From assembly GCA_965649825.1 (NCBI GenBank), contig OZ287705.1:248001-312000 (forward strand): DNA of 64,000 nt. The letters are read 5' to 3'. Origin of the DNA: Penicillus capitatus. Lineage: Eukaryota; Plantae; Chlorophyta. Every line of letters starts with the position of its first letter. Position 1 is the first letter of the stretch. The notes beneath the pieces were generated by a model that was not told the origin of the DNA, searched no databases, and saw only the letters and a program-made list of their open reading frames with translations. The translations under genes were made by a program, and so were the position numbers. Below, piece by piece: positions 55,647 through 64,000 of the stretch.

Positions 55647-58108
55647 TCAGTCTGACTCGAACGGTCGACGCGCGATGCCCTTGTTCATCACCATCTTCAG
55701 TAGGTTCTGCAGTCTGAGCTTGTTCTTTGGATCGACCACTTGGCAGTAGATGTTCTGTATCAGATCGACTTCTCTGTCGATGCTGCCCCCGATCGCAACC
55801 TTGACCAGCAGTTGTACATTCACGTACTTCTCTTCGATCGTACCCATCTGCGGAGACTTCTTCTCGAGCCTTCGCGAATTCAGTTGCTTGGATCCGAACA
55901 GCGCCAAGGCCACGGCTGCGTCGTCCTTGTAGTGCTGCTCGATGTTGAGAGGAATGGACTCGCCGTCCTGTGGCCTGGCAACGACAGAGACGATTCTGCG
56001 GACCGTCAAGCCGCTTTCGTCTGTCGGCGTGATGCGAATGCGAAGGCGACAGGTACTCCCGAGTTTGAAGAAGTAGACTGGGTGATCCAGCAAATACTCA
56101 TCACGGAACGCCCATGCTCTCTCTCCCGTCCTCAGGAACAGTGGCAAGTCCGATGACGTGTCTTCGGGTAGATACTCCAAATCGACGAAGAGATCCAGGT
56201 GGTGGTTCAGTGCGACCATCGAGATGATTTGACGCGTCCCGGCTAGATGATCTGGCTGTGCCGTCGCGTCCGTCTCCTTTGTCCACAGATGCAGCTTTCG
56301 GAAGATGCAGAGAACTTACAGGAGCTCACCATCGATTGCTGATTGGTTTTCTGGCTGACGATGGAGACGGATCGGAACAGGGCGTCGTGCTTAGCTCGGG
56401 TTGCTGTTCTCCTCTCGTCTGGGTTCTCTTGGAGCAGGGACAAGACGAATCGGAGATTCTGTGCTTCGGTGGCCTGTCGGTTACGGTCTTTTCGCTCGGC
56501 GGAAGGGGATTCCTGTGGAGAGCGGTCGATAGTGGCGGCTGGCAGACTCAGTTTGCGATCGATTGCCTCTCGAATGGCCCCGGCGTCGATGACAGAGGAC
56601 CCTGAGAGAACAGACTCGTGCTGGAAGGACACGTCCAGCATCGGCGACGCACTTGTCAAGACTTCGAAGGCGATGACGCCAAACGACCACATGTCTGCTG
56701 CAGGACCAAGAGCCATCGCCTCCTTTCCACGCCTCTTCGATTGAATGACCTCTGGGGCCGCATAAGGACGCGACCAACGATGACGCGCAGCCTCGCCCTC
56801 TTTCGGCGCGTACTCGAGACCAGCGAGCTTCCAAGCAAACTCCGTCGTGGACCACACGATGTGAGATGGTGTCACATGTCCGTGCGTGATGCCTTGGGCG
56901 TGGAGATACTCGAGGGCTTCCAGCACCTGGCGACCAGTTGGCGATCGGTTTCGAACGATGAGGAGATGATCTACCTGATAGAGTGTGGCCAGTTGCTCCG
57001 TGGAAGACATCGGTCTCCCCGCCGTTCTATCCGAGAGTGTATGCCTCCCTCTCTCAAGCACGAGACACGACGCAAAGTCCTCGGCGTTTGAGATGGCATC
57101 AATTATTCTGCTCAACACGTAAAGTGTTAGACTGTGATGTGACTGACGTCTCGAACGTAAGGTACCTGCAGACGTATCGCTGTCCAGGGGACAATCGGCG
57201 ATGCATGGCGACAGCGTTCGAGAATTCGGAAGAGTTCAGAGGAAAGAACTTGAGCAAGACGCCCTCGCCGGTGGATCTGTCGATGGCCCAGCGACAGTGA
57301 GGTATTCCGCGAACGTCCTCCGTCTCGATCTCATACCTACAGGCATAACGAAGGATGCGCATCGAGTCCGACAACATTTATCTGTGCCTACCTTCCGGCA
57401 AAGAGAAAACCTTTCGTCGCCGCAGACAACGACGCTAAGAATGCTGCCCAGTCTTCATTTGACTTTTCGATCTCGGAGACTGAGTTTTGTGTCTCACTCT
57501 GAGGACAAATAAAACAGAGTGAGCACTCTCCATTCTGCTTCTGCTTGTTGTCGACTTTCACCTCGATGGGATGTGACAGGATGTTGGACTGTGTCCTAGG
57601 CGTTGTCTCATTCTCTTCAACACTCGGCCCTTGCCCTGCTCACACTCTTATCTGCGTTCTTCGTTGGCGGAGATGTACCTAGCGATGATGATGTGTCGGA
57701 CGGGCGTGAGCTGCATAGTTGAGGCAGAGAAGCTCGTCGAGGACGGGTCCATCTTGTCGTTCGTGCTTCGTCTGAACGGCAACGCCGTCTCACGGACGTT
57801 CTGCTTTGCGAAGAGGGACCCCTCCCGCTGGACAGCGCCCATCTGATGGACTTCCTTCCCGATGTCTTCGTATCGAGTGTGAGATTTTCGTTGGCATCCG
57901 GAGACGAAGGACGACTGCCGTTTAGAAGGGACACCCTGCGCGGTCTCAGTCCGCTCGGCGAAAGTCTCCTAACGTTTGCGTTTTCCAATCGATTATTCGC
58001 AGCTAAACGCACACGACAACTGAATACCAACTTCAAGGGACGTGACTTGGAGAGTTCGAGGGATAGAGACTCGAGTGCCTTACCAGTAATGGACGAAATC
58101 TCTGTCAT
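55647..58108 (-). CDS. Pseudokinase A6 plus C-terminal beta-rich domain, probably with a long Ser/Arg-rich N-terminus; 5' exons tentative
   Basis: ORFs 57099-57377, 56243-57118 and 55647-56219 join through family-conserved introns (FLFAGR-YEIE; QQSM-ETDA, 53 nt). Motifs VLLKFF, HGHVTPSH, WKLAGLEYA, YAAPE, DMWSFG, ENPDERRTA. Upstream ORF 57617-58108 starts at an ATG. Confidence 0.82.
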
Positions 58109-59370
58109 GGCGGTCGTACAGACTCTTCTGCGAGCTCAGACAGAGCGAAAGCACCCAGGTCAACGTTACAGGCGATAAGTCTTGGGCGGTCCAGTGCAAG
58201 ATACCTTCCGCGTTCGTCGAGGAGAAAGAGAGCTTCGGTCTCTGGAGTACGGCGCGCCAAAAAACGATGTGAAGCTGGTCCGCTATACCTTGTCTTCAGA
58301 ACTTCTGCTGCGAGCCTAGAACGCACATTTATACACACACGGACGGTGTGAGAATATCATTTGGATAAAGTGTGTTTTGGAAGAAGCTGCCATATTATTA
58401 CTTCGCTGACGTGTCGGCAAAAAAGAGCCGTTATCTATCCGATCTTCCCCTTTTGATGCTTTTCATCTTCGGACCATCAATACCATCCGTCCTTATGATC
58501 AGAGCTCAGTGAGGCGGATCCGCCAGGTGCGTCTCCTACGGCGAACAGACGTCGTCAAAGTGAACTGTGTTCTTGGAGAGGAATGGCAGGGGCACAGTAA
58601 AGGCCGAGAGTGTTTCTATCTCTCTTGCGCTGGACTGATCGACACGTGGCAACCGAAATCTGTGTCAGCCATCGGCTCTGAGGCAAGAACTGCGTGAATG
58701 TCTGGTTTCGGCCACCCCTTGTTCGTAGACCGACTGACGGAACAAGAGTCCTGCATTGTTCGGCAGTTGCATGGGTGTCTTGTCTGCCTAACCGTTCCCT
58801 CGAAAAATGGAATTCATTATACGTCCTCTGCGTGGACAGGACTACTTACCCTTCCTTCGGCACTCCAGATCCCATGCTTATTCGAGTCGCTGCGCGAGGG
58901 ATGCGTATCAGATGCGTGAGATCGGAGGAGAGCTAGACGGTGGAGGCGAGAACCACTCGCGCCTCTTGCGCAGTGGATCTGGAGTCTTTGAACGCTGTCG
59001 CCGGATGGACAGGAATGCGGTCGATGTCATTTGCTTGGCCGTTTCTCCGAGCCCGCATTCGAGTCTACGAAGAAATGCCCTCTGCGTTGCGTGATGCTGC
59101 AGGCCGTTGCTTCGTCGTCCACTGACTAGAAAAGGAAACCATCCAGTTGCAATCCCCTGGCGAATGAAGAACATCTTAAGGACGAAGCCAAAGAGAAGGG
59201 CCCGTCCTCTTCACTCCATGGTGTTGGATATCGAGATGCCCTCCTGCTGTCAAAGGAATGACATGTGCATTCTGTAACTGGCCCCTTGACTCCATCTTAT
59301 GTCTGACATCCGTCAATGACGCTCTCTTTGTTTTGACGCTTCTGTTTTTGAAGGCGCGTGCACTTCGCAA

Positions 59371-59865
59371 TTGCTGACAAAGACTGACGTGTTTATTGCT
59401 GGTATTGTAAGACTTAAGGAAAGGGCGTCTGCGGAGACGCGCTGCCGTCGAGGTCAGAAAACGAACATCATCGCTGAAGAGTGCAAAGAATGCGACAGCG
59501 GGGCCTTCGAGTGTTCTCCCTCCGAATCTGACCGCATAAGGGATGAAGGCCCAGCGTATGAGAGTCCCACGTCGTTTCGGGCACTCGACGAATCCTTTGC
59601 CGTCGACATTGGAGACCACAATGAGCCTGCAGTGGGAGACAGAGACACTCAGGTGTTCGCTGCTGCTGACGTGCTGCAAGGACGCGGGTCGACGAAACCG
59701 TCTACGGTGAGCTCCCTTTCAGCTTGTCTGATTCATCAGAAACGCGTCCGCAGGACCGCGTGCGACCAGAGAAGGCGAACTACCTTGACGTCTTCTGTCT
59801 GCATTGGAAAAACGGTCACTCTTCGAATCCGATCTCAGTCTCTGCGCAATAATAGCGTTGGGTGA
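59371..59865 (+). CDS. Possible exon of a hypothetical acidic/disordered protein
   Basis: Open frame with a protein-like acidic stretch (EECKECDSGAFECSPSESDRIRDEG...). No family recognised and gene structure unresolved. Confidence 0.25.
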   Translation: MLTKTDVFIAGIVRLKERASAETRCRRGQKTNIIAEECKECDSGAFECSPSESDRIRDEGPAYESPTSFRALDESFAVDIGDHNEPAVGDRDTQVFAAADVLQGRGSTKPSTVSSLSACLIHQKRVRRTACDQRRRTTLTSSVCIGKTVTLRIRSQSLRNNSVG

Positions 59866-60850
59866 TGGAACGTTTCAGAGGACATGATGATCACCGCGAG
59901 CCACATCTGTCGCCCGGCGACCGTGCATAGCACGGCGTCTCCGTCTGCATGCGTCTGAGCGACATCCGCCATGCAAGTTGCCTGACGACTTCTGAGTACT
60001 CCGAGCCACCGGCAAGCAGCCATTCGGTCTCTCTATCTCGTCTAACGGATGCGCTTCTAACAAATAAAATCCAGACCTTACATGATTTCAACCAATGATC
60101 CAAACCTAGTGCAACCGTCCAACGAGAATAAGATCGACAAAACGTAAAAATGCTTCTCAGCTGCACAGCGAGGTAAGAAATCACTTGATGAATTTATGTT
60201 GAAAAATCCACCTGGTCTATGCAATGCTTGCACCCACCCCGTCTTCACGAATCGCAAATGGTAAGGTCAGTGAAAATAATCTCATCCGACATAGACCTCG
60301 ACAGAGCATAGATGAACAATCGCAACACAGTTTCTCTTTTGATGGGGTGTCTGTTGCCGCGAAACCAATGGATTTGCTTCCCGAATTCGATTCTTCGACC
60401 CTCCTTCCGCATTTAAAAATGCCAAGTCGTGTGGTAACTGTCGCCTTTCAGCATTTCCTTTCGATCGATGCCATCTCTCCAGTCTGGCAACATGCGTTCA
60501 CTTTTTTACAGAATCCCCCATCGTCGAAAAAACTTTAGCAATGAGACCACACCTCTCAATTGAGATGTGTACGGTCTCCGCAAACATGTTGACGAAATCG
60601 GGAAAGCCAGATCCGGTGATTCAGGAATCGGCGATCACATCAGTTTCCCACACAGCTCAAACTTGAATCTCACTCTCAGATTCCCTCACTACGATAACCC
60701 CCACACTTATGCTACCGAACGATGTTCACTTTGTTTTCGATCGCTTAAGATGAAAACACGTGAATGCATCGCACAGCCAAAGGTAAGAAGACGGATATCA
60801 GCTTCGCTGTCGTTTCCATACAGTCTCAGCAACAGTAACAGATTCTTGAA

Positions 60851-61603
60851 TCATGGCAGAACCGAACGTACAGATGCACATCGTTTGGCAGCGTACCGAA
60901 CTCCCATGCAATCGAGAGTCATCGCTTTGTGGTGTTCGTTCTGCTTCAGACGAAAAACTTTTTCGATGGCACTTCGCAAAAGTTGTGGCAAGCGGGCCAT
61001 GATGCCAGATCCTAACCGTCGGCAAAGACCACCTAACATATGCGTCATGCACACGATCGTTTTCCATGAGATCCTGTAGCAGAGCTCAACCACTCGATTC
61101 GATTCTGCCAGGAGGCCAGTAATGATCATATAAAAAATGGTATCGTCGTCCTTTGGTCTTTTGTGCTTTGCTGACGCCTCATTCGCCATTGTCTGGACCT
61201 CTCTCAGATCGAGGACAGCATCCAACTCCCACAGAATTGGCGAAGTCTTGTCGAGATGGATGTCCGCTTCGTAACGAGCTCCATTCGTCCAGTGGATGAA
61301 GTGGACGGACAAAACATCGACCAGAGGGAGACCGAGATGGTTTTCGCTCTCGAAAGAGAGGTGCAGCGTGGCCCAGGCGTTTTCTAGCGAAACGGAAACG
61401 GATTCTTCTCTTGTGTGACGCCGAAATGGGAATACGTATCTATTGTTGATAAAGTGCATCGTACGCCGCAAAAAAGGAACGCGTGGTCTAATGGACTTAA
61501 ACTGCGCACGCAAACGAAATGCTTCTTTTAGGGGTGAAAGGTCAGCGTCCGTCACGGTCGTTGTCCTCTTGCATTGGTAGACCGACTGAACAATGAAGCG
61601 CAT
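60851..61603 (-). CDS. E3: divergent kinase-less member of the C-terminal-domain family
   Basis: ATG 61603, 250 aa. LGLPLVDVLSVHF resembles SGLVVERILSVSV (A2), VELCYRISWKTI resembles LEFHKAIYCKMI, and ARLPQLLR resembles ARLPQLAR (E2). Confidence 0.6.
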   Translation of the reverse strand: MRFIVQSVYQCKRTTTVTDADLSPLKEAFRLRAQFKSIRPRVPFLRRTMHFINNRYVFPFRRHTREESVSVSLENAWATLHLSFESENHLGLPLVDVLSVHFIHWTNGARYEADIHLDKTSPILWELDAVLDLREVQTMANEASAKHKRPKDDDTIFYMIITGLLAESNRVVELCYRISWKTIVCMTHMLGGLCRRLGSGIMARLPQLLRSAIEKVFRLKQNEHHKAMTLDCMGVRYAAKRCASVRSVLP

Positions 61604-63257
61604 TTAGAGCTTTAGGTCACGGAAAGCTTACCGACGCCGCCGAAGCGTCCTCTAATTCTCGCGGCACGGCGCCCTCCATGAATTTTAAGATTCGCAAGCA
61701 GAGTAAATTCGGTTGCTACTGGTCGTGACGAAAGGCTCGACGAAGACGCAATGCAGAATCACTGGCTGTAGACGCACGAAGACCAACGATCATTATCTGC
61801 TTCAAAAATGCATGCTGTCGTGCACGTTGATGTGACGTTAGACGATCTTGACGTACTGTCGAAGGGATCTGGCTGTCATATCGTGACTGCCTAGATTTCT
61901 GAGGGTTCTGTCTTCGAAGGGGCGCTTACACGACGACATGTCATGTCACCTGTGGCATATAAAGACATGACCGTGGACACATGTGGACCCTTTTCTCTGT
62001 AAGCGTGAAAGCTTTCCTTTGACACGTACACGGATGCTATCATTGTTTTGCCGTCATGCAGATGGAGAGAGAAAACAATGCCATGGTCGAAGATACCCAT
62101 CTTTCGCAGCAGGGCTTAGAGTCGAAACGTCACGTCAGTAACATCGCACAGTCGTCAGCCGCTAAAGTACTGCACGCTCCCTTCGTCGTGACGCGAAAAG
62201 ATAAAGCATTTCGATACCGAAAGTCGGATGGAAACCTCAAAAGTCTGCTGTCCACTAAGTCTGCTCTTTCGTCGGAAATTCCTATCAAGTCATCTGCCTC
62301 TTTGCCAATGACCCTATGAACGACGCACGATAGCAAAAATCGATATGAGAGGGACGGTTCGACTCTCACGCATTGGGTGTTCCGCAGAGGCATCCTCGTA
62401 CATCATGCATCCAGACGGAGCGCAGTTTCGTGTCGGCGAATGGCGGCTGGAGATCGGGGGATATACACACAGCGCCTGTCTTTGTTCGTGCACTCCATTT
62501 AAGCCCATCGGATACGACAAAGATCCACTCGTGTGGAGGCGATTGTCCGAGTCGCGGTCGATACAGAGAATATGAGCAGAATAGTGAAGTGCCTTCTGCA
62601 GCGTGGCGCAGCGAGACAAGTATTCCGACGCCGCCACCTCCTGCTACATCCATCATGTCTAGGCATCGTACGAACTGACAGTAAACGTCCTGTACGATAT
62701 AACGTATAGACAAGGAGCCTGCAACCGACAAGTCACACGGACTGCATGGACGTGACGGCCAACGTTCAAGTCACGTCGACGGTCCGTCCACCACACGTCT
62801 GACAAACTTCGCAATGTCGATGAATAACACACGCGCTCCGTCGAGATATCGAAAAGATCCCTGAATGCTTCAAAATCGTGAACCGATCGATCGATCGCCT
62901 CAATCGCGAACCGATTCGGCGACGGTGCTGTCTCCGCAATGCCGAGGACGCAGCGATGCATTGTGGCGTCACCAGACGGACAGCAGTGCTGTGCACCTCT
63001 GAGCGCATCCATTCCTGTTTTGTAACTGCTGCCTGCTGGATAACGTCATCCTCGGTTCAGTCGCGTACAGACGCACGTTTCTTCATGCTCCCTCCCATGC
63101 CGACGTTGAGCACATCAGATCCCCTTGCCTGAAGATAGTCAGCGCACTGTGTGCACGTGCCTTTCGTCATCGGTAAAGACAAGCAGCACCAGAACACGTG
63201 TCCACACTTCGTATGACGAAAGAACGCGCGTGTGGACGTCGCTTCTTCGATGGGTTC

Positions 63258-63607
63258 CTGTCGCCAAGATTCGTCATGTCGATGCGACTGCCTTGTTCTG
63301 TGTGGGTCACCTGGTGGGAAGGACGCTTATTGTCACATCAGGAGGGCTTCTTTTTTGTAAAAGGGTCCTTTCTTCTGGCTCTGCGTACAGGTTGACTCAT
63401 ATGCTTAGAAAGTCACCTCACCGCGCGCATACATAATGAACATTCTAAACCATTCAGACACCTTGCTCTGAGCACTTGTCGAGACTTCCGCCGTTTTACG
63501 TTTTGCGTCCGACCCGACTGACGACAGTGTGACAACAAGCGTCCTTTCCACCAGGTGACCCACACAGAACAAGGCAGTACAAATGCCATGACAAATCTTG
63601 GCGACAG
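63258..63607. repeat. Inverted repeat: 80-bp arms (63258-63337 and 63528-63607) with a 190-bp spacer
   Basis: Arm 1 and the reverse complement of arm 2 differ at 9 of 80 positions by my count. They share a perfect 31-bp core, ACTGCCTTGTTCTGTGTGGGTCACCTGGTGG. Confidence 0.92.
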
Positions 63608-64000
63608 TTCCATCGACAGGACGCATCGACCGTTTGATTCGTTCCAGACCCTTTACCCGTAAGCTGCCTCTTCGAATCAAGCGTTTTTCCGTACAGCCGA
63701 ACGAAACGTTGTGCTCACGGCACACCGCTTATTGTCTTGTTTTTTGTTTGAGCCCTGCAATCCGCTTCAAATTCTTTTACGCGCCGTCCATATCTGCACC
63801 ACGTCACCGTGCCGTCTTCGTTCACTTTTTCGTCAAAGCTGCTGAACCCATTTTGCCGCCGCCGTTTGACTGGCAACGCCTCGTTTCTGATAGACAAACC
63901 ATTCGATTTCGAAGAGGGCAATGGATTTTGGCATGATACATTGTGGAACTTTGTCTCTTGAGGAAGGGAGTCTCACGAGAGACTCAGCGACCAGAGAGCC

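Noticed and set aside
1-64000. Endogenous giant-virus or transposon origin of the ankyrin/MATH/kinase cluster
   Set aside because: No viral core genes, transposase, RT or integrase motifs were recognised, and the genes carry regular spliceosomal introns with conserved positions.
1-64000. TAA/TAG-to-Gln reassignment as in some ulvophytes
   Set aside because: Long exons (up to about 600 codons) lack in-frame TAA/TAG, and TAA/TAG occur at the expected gene ends, so the standard code fits.

Overview
Eukaryotic, gene-dense genomic DNA (roughly 50-55% GC, CpG-rich) with many tiny introns of about 42-64 nt and the standard genetic code. My impression is a green alga, possibly a siphonous ulvophyte, but this cannot be established from the sequence alone. 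The ORF track is fragmented by introns, so I reconstructed genes by hand-splicing. The window is an expanding multigene neighbourhood with no transposase, rRNA, tRNA or CRISPR. (1) Six paralogous intron-containing pseudokinase genes (A1-A6) each lack at least two of the three catalytic residues, and all carry the same ~170-aa beta-rich C-terminal domain. That domain also occurs without a kinase in three further genes (E1-E3). (2) A ~14-kb tandem segmental duplication (about 18.6-32.5 kb and 32.9-46.4 kb) has as its core a head-to-head pair: a pseudokinase (+) and a large minus-strand gene encoding six divergent MATH/TRAF domains followed by five MDM2-type (C2H2C4-like) RING modules, 49-aa and 21-aa repeats and repeated LRRCKS motifs. 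(3) Single genes encode an EamA/DMT transporter, a small secreted beta-rich glycoprotein lying behind a 73-bp promoter repeat array, and an ankyrin protein with one repeat per phase-0 exon. There is also an 80-bp-arm inverted repeat near the right end. The best candidate for an undescribed system is the co-duplicated pseudokinase plus multi-MATH/multi-RING E3-ligase module; any recognition or immune role is inference only.
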